From contig CAJNYD010000037.1 of the NCBI GenBank assembly GCA_905331295.1, forward strand, positions 62,001 to 126,000: 64,000 nt of DNA. The letters run 5' to 3'. The notes under the pieces were generated by a model. It saw only the letters and a list, made by a program, of their open reading frames with translations. It ran no database searches and was not told where the DNA came from. Below, piece by piece: positions 26,732-45,400 of the stretch (its first letter is position 1; the number at the start of each line of letters is the position of its first letter). The DNA comes from Rotaria socialis. Taxonomy: Eukaryota. Position numbers and translations under genes: made by a program.

Positions 26732-27175
26732 AGTAGTTTAATGTAAGTAGGAGTAGGAGTAGAAAACGGAGTAACCAAATCATTCGATGATGTGCACACG
26801 TCTGTGCATTAATGCTTGTCTAAATCTCTATTCGTGATAATAATCGATCCAATAAAGAGAGATAGAGGACGATAATTGTTGTTTTGTATGAGAACGGTAA
26901 AATCGAAAACATTGACTGCCTCCGCATATTTTATACGTTTCTCCAACTTTTTCTTTTTATTATTTAAAATATTTGCCAATCTTGAAAAATATAATGAATG
27001 CAAAAGTCTTAATTATACTTATAATGACTAAGTAACTTGATTTTTCCCAATCGATGAATGAAAGAAAAACAACTCTGTTTTTCTCGTAATTTTAATTTTT
27101 TTTTTCTTTTATATATTTTTTCTTTCTGTGACGATTAACAAGGGAATACTCTGCCAGGCTCAATCCGTTATATGA

Positions 27176-27183
27176 TGACGTCA
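27176..27183. promoter_or_regulatory. palindromic CRE/ATF site upstream of Na,K-ATPase alpha
   Basis: Perfect TGACGTCA about 480 bp upstream of the ATG. An AP-1 consensus TGAGTCA lies at 26425-26431. Function is not demonstrable from sequence. Confidence 0.4.
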
Positions 27184-27258
27184 TTTATCGGTTTTTCTTT
27201 CTCTCGCTCGACTGCTTGCGGTAGCAATAGCTAGATAACATTTCTTCTCCGGTCTATG

Positions 27259-27309
27259 TTTCTCTCTTTCTCTTTCTCTTTCTCTTTCTCTTTCTCTTTC
27301 TCTTTCTCT
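27259..27309. repeat. (TTTCTC)n polypyrimidine microsatellite
   Basis: Tandem TCTTTC hexamers. They explain the spurious ORFs FSFSFS and RERERE. Confidence 0.9.
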
Positions 27310-27658
27310 ATTTTTCTTTTTTTCTCCCTCTGTGTGTGTTATTATTTGTATGTTCGTGTACGTGCGACCGATCGCACCAACACTATTGCAATCATCACCC
27401 AGAGTCAACGACAAACGAGCAGAAGAAAAAAAACGCTGTTTTGTTTTTAAATACATAAATACATATAGCCGATCAGTAACAATTCAACAAGGCTAACGCA
27501 TGATTTCATTTACTGTATTTTTCAGATATTTGTCTATTTTATCCTATCAAGTACTATTAAATAAGGCGAATATTTCAAGATCTCGATCGTTATTTTTGGA
27601 TCGAGTAATAGCCCTTGTTAACATTAAAATTATAAACTCAGTTTGGTGCCACTGAAAG

Positions 27659-32584
<4,926 letters not shown>

Positions 32585-35500
32585 TCTTCGAACACGGGTG
32601 CGCGGAAATTTTTATTTCTTTGAACGTAGACCAATTCTCAAAATTTTTGTCTGTGTTCTTACTCTTTCTTTTTTTTTCTTTTTGCTCTGTGTGTGCCAGT
32701 GAGAGTATTAAATAATTCGTGCATATTCCAAAAGTGTGTAATTAAATGTTCTCGTTTTTGCTGCTTTATAGTCATTAGCAAAATAATGTTTCTATTTGCC
32801 TGAGTATTGTCTCTGTTGCTCGATTTTCTATTTTTTTTTCCTGAATAGTCTATATTGCACACAAGCTCTAACTGTCTGCTCTGAACATAGGTTGCGTTAA
32901 AATTAATAAAAAAACAAAGTTCCTTTTTGTTTGTGCATCGAATCGAAAAGCTCCTTTAACGTTCATTTTTTTTGTTCACTACTGTAATTGTTTGACATGA
33001 CGTTTTCTACTTCCGTACACATTTTCTTTCGGCATGTGACAATACGCCACCCATATTCAATCCAATTCTTGCACTCAGATATGCGTCCAGAAGCTGCGCT
33101 CGCTATCAGGTGTCCATGTGTGCAGCATATTTTATTTCTTATTCTACAATTGTCTGTCTTTCTGATTGTCTCTCTTTCGGTTTGGAACAACTTATGTGCA
33201 TGTTCATCATATATTGATCGAGACAAATTCTCTCATTTTTTTTCTCTTTTATGTTTCGTTTTTTTTTCAGTTCAATTTGTTCGAATTCTTCTTTTTTTCC
33301 TCTCCTTCGTTTATTTTCACATCAAAAATATTAAAATACTCAGACATAGACGAATTTCGAAAGTCGAAACCTGATTAGCAATTGCATAATGAAGAAAAAG
33401 AAATATTTTCCATCAAATTATGTCAAAATAACACTAACTATTTTCATGTTCGATGTAAACAGATAGTGAATGAATAGACTATTTTAACAGTCATATGTAC
33501 CGTTTTTTGTTGGTCAGTTAGTTATTCAAAGAGAAACCCATTTTTTCAAGTTTTTGTATGAATTACAGCAGTTATTATGCTTCTACACACATCTAAGCTA
33601 TATAAAGTATTAAAATTAGAAGCTTTCCGATCGGAAAAAAAATGATTTTCAGGCAATAGCTGTCACAAACTTGTTGCTTCACTCAGTGGAGTGCGAGTGT
33701 TTTATTTTTGTGTTTGCTTACCATTATTCAAAACGGCGCTAAATCTCACTTTTATTCTTAATGATCTTGAGAGACTTCTGATTACATTGTCGAGTTTTCT
33801 CATGATAATTAGATATTTTTGTAGGCTATTAGAGTTCTGAAGCATTATAAATCGACGATTACTTCGTGGCATTATCGTCTCTGTATTATACGCTGTAGTT
33901 ACAACGATCACGGATGTCACCGAAATAAATTTATCTTGCCTAAGGGACAACATCATTAATAATATATAAACATTATCAAACGTCATATTAATCAAGCAAA
34001 ATATAACTATAGAAAAGGAACCTATATATGCATCTAATCGTTCTATCAGTATATGGAAAAAAGTCGAACTGTTCGACTATGTTTCGCTCTTCTTGAAGAA
34101 CAAACAATTGTATTAAACATGCTATCATATGTTTCAAGACTGAAAAGAAATGCAAGATAAATCCATAGAGGCACTACAGCTAACTTTGTACTTAGACATA
34201 CTAATACTATTTACAGGGCAGACAGCTTTTTGCTATTTGCTGACATTTTTAATATTTATGTTACGACAACAAGTATGGTAGGAACACTATTATGAATAAT
34301 CTGAAATGAAAGAATTTTTATTTTTCTTAATCTTTGTGCCATTGTTCTACAATAAAAGAATTTTTTTCCTTTGACACAGTAAGTATTGACATTATTGATG
34401 TCAATGTCGAAATATCACCATAAAAATAGTTACATTGAAAATTTTTGCTTCTGAGCCACATCAATCATTTCTAAGACGATGCATTCTGCGGCTTTTCATT
34501 AACAAAGAAAGAAATATATTGATAGCAGTTAAATAATTTAACTACAGATGTTACTCAGAATGTTAATACATTTCAAGGACATGTTATCGTGCGTGTGATG
34601 CCTGTAAAAATAGTTTTGTTTCCCTCGTTGTATCAGTCTTTCTTTCTTGAATATAAATGTCTTAAGTGTTTTGATCAATCAACAAAACAAAAAACAAGTC
34701 ATAACAAAATTGGTTTCCATTGGTTTAATGAAAAACATTGAAATCTCAGTCTAATCAATGGAGCAAAAAATATAGATTTTGTTTGATTCATTATTCAATT
34801 TATTTATGAATATCTACAACATTGTATGTTTACTGTTTTTTTTTACGACGAAAAAGTGGAGCATTCAAACTCGTGAAAGAATATTCCAACGTTTTACTCT
34901 TTTCTAAATTTCTTTATAATAATTAGTTTGACGTCTGCGTTTTAGTCAGAAAATCTCAAATTATATTTAAATTTCTTTCCCAAAATGTTATTTTTTTCCC
35001 ATACAGCGAAGAAATACATGGGATACCCATCGATTCTACTCGTAATGATTCCATTATAAAAGCCAAACAATTTTTCATAAGTGTAAGTATAAGACATGAT
35101 ATATTTGCTACTCTCAGCTGATGGATTTCCTGATTTCTAGTAAACAAAACAGTTAACGAAAATTCTCACTTTTGATTATTTTTTCATATCGCTGATGATG
35201 AGATTTGATCGACCAGCAGTTTATACCGACATTGTACTAGGTATCTTTGTTGCATATTATTTCATTTTAACGTTTCCGAAACCTAAAAACCTATTTCTGG
35301 AAGAACTGTTTTTACTAAACAGTCGTCGAGTTTTCTCAGACTATTCTGTACTATTGATCTCACATTCAAACAGAACAAGTTCATTGAAATGCATTTCTAT
35401 GTTGAATCAAATATCTTGTGCAAGATTTTTATTTTTTTCGTACATCATCTCTCGTTGGCGAGATCTTAAAAGGATGGCAGAATTCATGGAAAAAATAATA

Positions 35501-35869
35501 CTTTTAAAAAACGCTTAATTACTTCATTCGAAAATTTAAAAATAGAGTACCTATGATTGACGTAAAAAAGTCGAACGACATCAGCCTTAATCAAGAAGTG
35601 GTATAGAAAAAAAAGCTGCATAGATATCTATTTAAATTTGATTTTAGAATTTTATAGGTGGACTTATCTTCATGTTCTGATTGTTTTAAGTTGTTGCATC
35701 TATGAATAGAGGATATTTCATTATTCTTAAATATCAAGATAGATATGGTTAGCTGTTTCGACAATACAAAATATTTATGTTTCTCAGTGATGCTAACTCT
35801 ACTCGAGTTTTTGTTTTTTTGCCATCTTCGTTTATCAAACGTTGAACACGAACTGTAGGTATCTTTAAA

Positions 35870-36395
35870 ATAAATGTGGAAACTTCGGATTTCATCCGAA
35901 AGTTATGTGTACTGCAAAAAGTGCATGGGATGTATGAGTCATTCTAGAATGTCTGAACACGAAAATTATCATGAGAAACTAGGCAATTTGATTTCTGGAT
36001 GCAGTTTTTGTGCATTTGAGACGTTTTTCAGGTGATGTTTCGTTAGACAGCTATGATTTAGTTCAAAACTAATATCAGATTCGGAATCAGCGTTAAAAAC
36101 TGAGTCGATTTATATATGTTGTGAATAGTTCTGAGAAAAATTTGTTTTTTGAAAAAAAATCCCTGTACCCCTCCTCAGGGATAATCTGGTCAAAAATGCA
36201 ATTTTTTCGATAACCCAGCCATTACTACTTGACGGATCCTTCTCATCTTCGAACTCGACCGAGATATTGATGAGATCATTCTGTGTACAAAATTTCATGA
36301 TAATTGGATGAGGCTTTCATAAGTTATCGTGCCTACGGCCGGTCGGCCGGACACGCTGACCGATTCTAGAGTGTACTCACTTTTTGAGTACACAA
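35870..36395 (-). mobile_element. Helentron-associated (HINE/DINE-1-like) non-autonomous element
   Basis: One end has the palindrome GTGTACTCA-CTTTT-TGAGTACAC (36371-36393) next to a CGGC-rich microsatellite-like tract and an A run. The other end has the matching sub-terminal repeat GTGTACTGCAAAAAGTG (35907-35923) beside the stem-loop TTCGGAT-TTC-ATCCGAA (35884-35900). No TSD seen. Confidence 0.7.
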
Positions 36396-37721
36396 AAAAA
36401 GATATTGATCATTTTCATCAAATATTCTTTTTTCTTATCAGCAGCAGCCTGTGATATGGAACGCGGTGTAGAAGCGATTAAAAAAAGATGCCGTCTTTCT
36501 ATGTTTATTCTACAGAATCAAGATGTTCTAGTATTGTTTATGTTTTACTTCCCATTTTCTTCTCCATGAAACATATGATTGTCTGGTTAAAAGATGGACA
36601 ACAATAATTATTGGCATGGAGTTTATTGTTTATTATTTAATTGTAATGTCAGTTTGCATTCGATAAATATGACTTATTAATGCCACTTCAATTATAAGTG
36701 CTGACCGTACACTTGTTTACATTTGTCGCTATTCGGATTCATCTGGAAAACATTGCCTAACGCCCACAAAATGCACGTTGACATTTTTCTCTACAAGATT
36801 AAATATATACGAATCTGAGAGATTTTTTGTCGGAAACTTGTACTTCGATGTGTTTATTAAATATTTGATGAATTTCTGCTCTAATTCATACTGAAGGTTG
36901 CCGTGCTAAGCGTATGAAGTAAACATTTAAGTAGTCAATGAATCTTCATCTGGATTTGAGCAACTTTTGATTATTGTACGAATGGACATTTCATTATCAA
37001 TAATACAAGTTTTAGACAAAGAAATTGATGAGAAATAACATATACGTATTTATCTTGTTCTAGATTAGAATTAAGTTTTGATATCGTTCTACTTATCGAA
37101 GATTTCAATAATACAATTTTATCATAGTTAACGACTGACTTATTCATTCATTTTCTCCCCATCGTTCAGAGCTGTTGTTTTTCATGTTCATCAACTTTTA
37201 TAAGCAGCATATATCTTGAAATATTACTATTTACTGATAAAACCTATAATCTGTAGATGTGTATTGCAAAATAATAGTCAGAACTATATCAATCCGTTTG
37301 ATATCTGCTTAAATATAATCTACTGAGGAGGTAGAACCAAGTGAATATATCGAATTGATTGGTAACTGATTAGAATTTCTACATTGTTTCAGTGGAAGAA
37401 CGACTATTGGTCTCTTGAAAATGAATTCGCATTTTGTACCGGAAAGATTAAAATATCATTAATTCAAATAAATAAAGAGGTTATGCTACGTAAGTATGTC
37501 ATGCATTTTCGATAAACGAAAGTGGCATTCAAAGCATATTCCTAATAGTGCATATTCAAACGAACTTCAATGCTTTTATGTTTGGTTCGTTATCATGAAA
37601 TATACGCACGAATTAAAATGAAATTTTTCTAGCGAAGCGTCATGATGAATCGTTGCAATAGTTTCTTGAATAGAAATGTCCTATATGAGCCGAAAATAGA
37701 GTGCAATGCAGGGCGAATGAT

Positions 37722-37891
37722 CAGGGACGGTGCAAACGGGGGGGGGGGGGCCCAAGTTTGGAAATTTTTGTTTAATTTNCCGATTTGAAGAAAATAGAAG
37801 AAATTTTTATTAATTTACTCCGATTTTTGAAAAAAAAACCTCCCGTTTTCAAGTAACCCCCCTATATTTTTGTTGCTTCGCGCCGTCCCTG
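37722..37891. mobile_element. hAT-type MITE
   Basis: TIRs CAGGGACGGTGC / GCGCCGTCCCTG (1 mismatch). Exact 8-bp TSD CGAATGAT at 37714-37721 and 37892-37899. Internal poly-G and poly-C tracts. Contains an n, so the true length is uncertain. Confidence 0.88.
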
Positions 37892-39622
37892 CGAATGATG
37901 GATCTTTCGGATTTTTTTTCAAAACTATGAACTTGCCAACCCTGAACGACGCCAATGATGTGATACAAGATGAACACTTGAACTTCTCTTCAACACTTCA
38001 AATCGAAGTTCACTTCAATAACAGTTACTATGCCATGAAATAGGCAAATGTTGTATATAAAACAAGATGTATGAATGACTTCGATTTGATTATCAGACTT
38101 TTGCACGACGATCATCCAAAAATAAATAAATCGAGGTCTTTTCTTGAGTCAGATGTTTGTATATTTTTGATTGCTAAATGAATTATTTAACGTGCTCATT
38201 CCAGAGAAGTACGGTATGTTTTGCCGCATATTTAGTAGAACGTGATTGAATCCAATTTTTCAATGGAGCTTCAGCACTCGAGAAATATAAATTTAAATAT
38301 TTCAATCATAAAATTTTATACTGTGTGTCAAGTCAATAGAATTTAATTCAAATTTTCTTTCTCTGAAAGAAACAGCTTCGCAGGCACATTCATTCGTACT
38401 GTTTGAAAAGAAAATTATAATATTTATTGCTACTCTTTAAATGGCATTCATACAATTTCTATTTTAATTTTGTTGTAGAGAAGCTATTGACCTCAACGAG
38501 TTCTTGTCGATGTCATAGTAGCATACAAATTAATGTGCTTCCTCCCAAATACCTCACGAGTACAGAATAATGAGTAATCTTTCTGTTTGCCTATGGTAGA
38601 GAAACTCTTCGAGCTCGTTCCATTTAATAGCTGCAAGTATTTCATTCGAAACGTTGAAATTGGACAAGTAAACAATTAAGATTGTATTCATTTCTAGATA
38701 GTCGAGTAAAGCGAACGATGATGTTTACTTGCATTTTCGACGCAATTACACATCAGAAATAAATGACCTAGAAAAACGTCTTTTTTGACGGCGAAAATTT
38801 TGTGAAGAATAAATTATACCTATAAATCGAACTCAATCGATTATAGATAGATTACAGATCAATTAATTGATTTTATCTTGCACACTAAGAATCTTGGTAA
38901 ATATTGAATCAGATAAATCAGAAGAAAAATTACTCTTGGTGAGATCAACAGAGAAATACTATCGTTTTTTGTTTTTGTTTTTGTGTTTTCAATGATGAAA
39001 CTTGCACGCTTCTAGTTGTATTCATACTGAGTATGTTCGATAAAAAGAAACCCATCGCATTATATTTTGTTTCATCTTCAAAAATAATACCAAAAATATA
39101 GAGAAAAACTTGGCGTAAACACATATTTGTATTTTTAACATACGAAACATAATAAATAACTTCCTACAGATAAATACATGACATTTTGTTATGCAATATT
39201 ATTTTTGTTTTTATCACTAGTTTATTTTCTCTAGTACCTATTATTAATCATGAATTATTCGAAATTTCTATTGAAATACCACAAACTTTCCCATAAATAA
39301 TTCATGGTAGAATTTATTTTTTACCGCTCCTTATTTAGTATAGTTATATAGACACATTTCGTACTATATGCGTTTTTTTGCGGTTGCCCTTTGCAACAGT
39401 GTAAGTTGAGTGTACGTGAGAAAAGAGAAAAAAATGTACGAAAGAAAAAGAAAATGTATACACAAACGTCTATGATCATTCGCAACTGTCATGCATAAAC
39501 AGTATGCTCGAATAAGAATGAAAGTAGGCGAGAGAACACCAAATAGTAAAAACGTAGTAGCAGATAAACAAGCTCGCTGTCATTTATATCGATACTCGCT
39601 TCTGAGTTGCTATTCATTCAAT

Positions 39623-40081
39623 ATGATCATCCAAAGATTCGCTGCGTTTCTTTTCCTTTTCATCCTTGTCGATGCCAACCCAATGCATCAAAACGCTAGG
39701 TAAAAAATAGAAAAAACAACAACTGTTTTGCGTATTTTTTTGTTCTACTTTACAATCGGTGTGTTACAGGCAAAACGAATATCGCCAACGACGTAGTCTT
39801 GAAATTACAAATTGGCAATTAGCGGATATATTATATAAACATCTTTCTCAGGATGATACTCATCGAAGTGAAATAGGCAATAGAGTTAAACGTTCAGAGG
39901 TGCCACTAGAGTTAAGACCTGTCGGAGGACCCATTAGCATCGAACAAGTGCCAGCGATGATAGCAGCAAGATATGTTAAACGTTATCCGTATTCACCAAA
40001 GGAGGATCCTGATATAATGTAAGTTAAATCAAATCATTACAAGAAATATATTGAACTGTTTGTTTATATTTTAGTGGTTGA
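39623..40081 (+). CDS. putative neuropeptide/prohormone precursor (110 aa, 3 exons)
   Basis: Exons 39623-39699, 39770-40018 and 40075-40081 splice with GT-AG to MIIQRFAAFLFLFILVDA-NPMHQNARQNEY-RQRR-SLEITNWQLADILYKHLSQDDTHRSEIGN-RVKR-SEVPLELRPVGGPISIEQVPAMIAARYV-KR-YPYSPKEDPDII-G-stop. Confidence 0.8.
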
Positions 40082-42465
40082 TAAGAATTTTCCTGTCCGT
40101 CAAAATTCATTCAAAAAATAATTCATTATGCAAAATTTCACTCTATCTTAACTAGGCAGATATTATGGAAAAATTTTTTTCACCATTATATTTGTATTAT
40201 CTTTTACGAATTTTTCGTAAGGAAAGGATGATCTATTGATAATTGACAAAAAGTATTCATTACATGCTGTGCTTTCAACAATAATTTTCAATGCCTATTT
40301 TGTCCTGTCCATAAATAATATGTTTGAGTTAAAAATAGTTATCGGAATTTGATCGAAAAAACAAAAAAGACCTAGAGAAAATATCAGTTGAATATAATAT
40401 GTTTGTTTGTCATTAGCCAGAAAAAGAAACAGAAATAGTCAAGTATTTGATTTCTTTCTTCGGGTCACAAATGTTTGCATAACTATAATAGTTTATCTTT
40501 CATGATGAATTTCAATGGCTTCCACTTTACTTAAGACAATAGTAGATCTCAAATATAAAAAATCAAATTGATACGGAGTAACGCGAAGAATTCAATCAAT
40601 TGAGGACACCTACTGTGTTATTTCGCAAAGAAATGTTTTCGTTTTAAGAACATATTTAGTGTAGTGAACGAGAAAAGAAATTAGAAATTCAATTATTTCT
40701 ACCTATCGACATTGGCATACTAAAACAGACTGGAAAAAGAAACTTTATTTACTAAGTTGTAAATTTCATGAATTGATTACGACATTATAAGTATTGAAAC
40801 TGATCAAGGCTACGTCTCAAGTGTTTACTTTAAATGTAATTTAAAATAGAATTGCTTGCTCCACTCTGTGCAATATAATTGTAGTATCGTGATTACCCTT
40901 TTCCGATGAAATACCATGTGAAGATCAATATTGAATAGTGCAAACAACTATAGCGCGTACGTTAAATCTTATATCAATGCATAGTAATAAAACGGATTCA
41001 TATACTAACAGCACGATCAAGTACAATCAAGAACAAATCTATAAATATTTGCGGTCAAACAACATATAAACGTCTATACTCAAAAGACGTAAACCAGCCG
41101 AGTAGATGTCTAGCAATCATCATCATCGATCTGCGGCGTGTTCTAATAATCAAATATAAATTATTCGAGAGACAAATTCTACATGTAATTGAAATTATTC
41201 TTAGTAATAGATAGTTGACAGACAACTGTTGACCTTTTAGCATTGATAAGGTTGAGATAAGCTACATACAAGTCGTAAATACACGAGTGCTATCAACAAC
41301 ATGAATTACGTTGACACTGGTGCCAGTGTATGTAAAAATCGTATGTAGCCCATCTCGACCCATTGATAATATTAGCAGCAGTTCGGACAAGAGGCATTAT
41401 ATTCATATCCTACATTTATAATTCTAGATGTCACATATGTACGATTATCAATTAGGAAAATATGAAAGTAAACTAATAGTGTTTCATTTCAGTCTTACAT
41501 AAATATTTTCATTTCATTTTGCCTGTTTAACTTTCTCTTGTAGTTACTATTTAATTTAGGCATGATTTGAATCAATCTGAAGGCGATAAGAACAAACGGT
41601 AACCTCATCAAATGCGTAACATGATCGGGTTCATGTCCTTGTGATTTTATGCTGCTTAACAAACTGATATACTATAAGAAAACAGGGATGAAATCCATCA
41701 CCTGTAAGATTCGAACATCAAAAGAGTCAGTTGTTGAAATTTTTCTGATATTGCTTTATTTTGAGTTGTAAGTGTGGGAGCAATGTCTCACTTACAATAT
41801 AACCTAAAATCAGAATATGAAGTCTAGACTTATTTTAAACAACGTATTAAATATCTGCTGAGTTCACAATAACTGATATCGATACGTAGAAGACCGTGGA
41901 ACTTTCATAAATTTTGACTCATTGTCTGCTAGACGGTAAAACATACCTACTCTTCGAAAATTTATCAGCTGAAGTTAAAACAGAATTTAGTTGTTCATCA
42001 TGAGTAGAGAAATTCATTTTTAAATATTCTGTTAACTGAGTACACAGAACACTGTCGAGCTTTCTTTCATAATATATTCACCGCATGGACACAATCATTT
42101 TTCAAAAGATTGAACATAGAACTGCAGAGGTTTCAAAATCGATTTTTGATTTTTATTTGTCTTGGAAATTTAATTTAATCTTAAATTGATGTGCAATATT
42201 TGGTCGCGCGGGTAAAAAAGAGAAATGGTTGCGCTCGTTTATGACTGGCCGAAAAAGGAAACAAACGGGAGTAAAGCATTTTGACAGATGATCTATTTCC
42301 TTCATTTTCTCCCGTTTTTTGCCGTCGTCGACCGTTCACTATCTTAATGTGTTCATACCTTATTTTTACGCGTTTCTCGATGCCACAAGGTCATATCGTT
42401 ACTAATGTCATATTATTATATTATTATATATCATTTTATCCTATTTTTTTCAGAATCTAGATGTC

Positions 42466-45400
42466 ATGAATGACACTATTGAAGAAAATAAGATTGAAGT
42501 CCTCCCACCGATACCAAATGTTATCGAAGATTCTATAGCATCACGTACAAAAGAAATTACTAAACGGCCAAAACGGGAACGTAGTCCAAGTAATTGACAT
42601 AATCCTTCTAGTATTTTAGCTATTGATCACATTACACTATTTAGCTCATCAAGTTCAACCATCGGCGCCGAAGATTAAAAAAATCAAAGAGGTCGCACCC
42701 AAATTATCGGATAAAACAAAATGGACAATGGAAGAACAAAAACAGTTTTTCAGTGCACTGCGAATTGTAAGATTGCTGTACGTTTTACTAAAATATCATC
42801 TGAATTTTATTTCAGTATGGCAAAAACTTCGATGCACTTGGACAATGTTTCAATACAAGACGTCGTCTTGTAAATCCTGAAGCACAAAAACGTACATTTG
42901 GTCAGATACGTTGTTTTTACTATCGTTCATTTCGTACAGTTTCAAAGTTATGTACATTTACTGAAGGTTAGCTTTTTTTTGTTTTATATAAATATATTTA
43001 TGTCGTCTTTTGTTAGAGGAAAAAGTTAATGTTGATTCACTTGAATTACGTTCTGTTCTGGCTTATTTATGTTTAAAACCAAAAGTTAAATGTAAGTTAT
43101 GAAAAAGATTCAAGTTGATTATTGTGTTATTCTTTATTTTCAAACATAGGTTTTGATAAAAAGCCAACTATATCTGTTTTACATCAACTTATTCGTAATG
43201 GTAGCGCATTTTTACGTGCCAAAGGACAACGAGAACATGTATCTATTATTGGTAAAGCATTAAAGCCACCTAAAACATCTAATACACTTGGTATGAGATT
43301 AAATTAATTGACGATTAAAATACTATTTAATGTGTACGTAGGTACAACAAAACAGTCCGATAGAACATTATCAAAACATATTAGAATTTTATTAAGTCCA
43401 GCATCACCAAATGCTTATATGCGTGTTGCTCTATCATGTCGATATCCTCATGTTGAAGTTTTAGTATCACGTACGACCACACTATATGAATTAATTGACA
43501 GATTAACTCAATATTGGCAATTAAATAATCATGCTCAATCTGTAAGTTTAGTAGTGAATGATAAAAAAAAAGTCATGTGATCAATTGTTCAATTTTCTAA
43601 AAAACGAATTTGTAAACATCAAAACTAGAAGTAAAATGTTGCGTACTTGTTGAACATGGTTTTTTACAATTGAAGATGAGAAATTTTAAAATTACTCATA
43701 GAAAGTTTTCAAACGTTTCATCATGTAAAATAAAACTAACAGTTATTTCATATCAATGAACCGATATATCTCAATAAAACAACATGCCGGTGTTTATGTA
43801 AGTCTACGCGATCAACTCTGATACAAATTTGTAGCAGAAAATATTACTTCTATTTGCTATGAAAAAGTCTCGCCATATTCAGGAGCCAGTAGACACATAT
43901 ATTCTGGTTATAATCTATTGAAACTGTTCATCTTTAAAGTTTTTAGTATTTTATTATATTTTTCTTTTATTTTTTGCTTCTAGTTATTCAAAGATGATCT
44001 ATCTATGGAACAACTTTTTCTATATCCTCACGGATCTTATCTATCTTCGTCGTTCATAGATCTTCCATCTGTATCAACGGATTCAAATCCTGTACTTGAT
44101 CTTGCATCTTCACGAAAACAATCAATCGCTAATATTGATAAACAATGTCGTTCACGATCTGATTCAGAAATTTCGACAGAACCTGTAGTTGATCCTTCTT
44201 TAACATTACTACAATCGAATGCAATTCTTAAAAGAAACAATTTGTCTGAAAATGAATTTCCAAATGAATCAACTGTCATATCTATTTCTCCATCGTCAAC
44301 ACCATCACCATCAGTTTCTTTTCCTTCATCGTCATCATCAACGTCCATCGTAACCATTAATAATAAATCGAATTTAGCCCGAACAGCTATTTTACTTGCT
44401 GCTAAACGAGCTGCTTCCAATAATCCTACGAATAATTATGATACATCAACATTTACACTAAATGATGGCACAGAAGATGAAGCCGATAGTAGTTCAACTT
44501 CATTCAAACAGAGACTTGATTTTCTTGACTTAATCGATGAAGTAAATAAATATTTTGATTGCCCATTTTCTTAACACTAAAATTATTCGTGCCATGCATT
44601 ACCTTATTGTCTCTTTAGTTTCCATCTGAAGACGAGATTGAATCTGACGCAAATGCGTCCGTACCTGTATCAACAACAACAACAACAACAACAGCAACAT
44701 CTTCTATGTCTGTGAATAATTCAACAGCTGTTACATTAACAGATATATCTCAAGGTATCAGTCGGGCGAATTCGTTATTTTCAACATTAACAATTGGTGA
44801 ATTACAAAAACTATTGCAACGGACAAAAGAACTAAGACTTAACTATGATTTTACTAGTTTATTACGTACAAGTAATGCTACTGATTGTGTATCACCTGCA
44901 TCTTTTCTTCACTATGTTATACAAACCGCAAATCAATGTTTAACAACTATGGCTGATCGTCAATCGCAATCAGAAATAAAAACAACAAAAAAAACAAATA
45001 CAAAAAAGCAACAAATATCAAAATCAAAATGTTTCTGCTCTTGTTGCTCTCATCAGCATTCATTCAGTACAAAAGACCAACGACGTTCATCGGTAAAAGC
45101 TGCTAATTCACCAAATACTGAGATGTGTGCTTTATTACCAATGTCGCAGTCAATGTCAACGCAAGATATGATTACTAGTGCACATGATGACATATTCACA
45201 ATGACAAATTCTCTACAAAGTAATATGATGAAATCTGAACTAGTCTAATTAGAAGTGAAGACTCCGGGTTCTTGTCCGGCATGTTTTTTTTACAGTGCTA
45301 CTTAGCTGTAGAATAATCAATTTGATCTATAGTTCTTGTGTTTAATCGATGAAGTTTTCTATATACATATATATCTACTTATGTTTAGATCATATGAACA

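Noticed and set aside
27181..27456. ORFs with REREREK and FSFSFS repeats
   Set aside because: They are translations of a (TTTCTC)n microsatellite in the Na,K-ATPase upstream region.
40808..40820. GGCTACGTCT matching the end of the MULE TIR
   Set aside because: Only 10 bp match, with no continuation of the TIR and no partner repeat found.
41100..41350. VDTGAS (retroviral protease-like) and HRSAAC (zinc-knuckle-like) snippets suggesting an LTR retrotransposon remnant
   Set aside because: Both lie in very short frames closed by stops. No RT, integrase or LTR is visible, and ACACTGG-TG-CCAGTGT is simply a palindrome. BLASTX would be needed.
44037..44420. 127-aa minus-strand ORF and similar antisense ORFs (14334, 29167, 59633, 59952)
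   Set aside because: They are shadow or alternate frames of well-supported coding exons.
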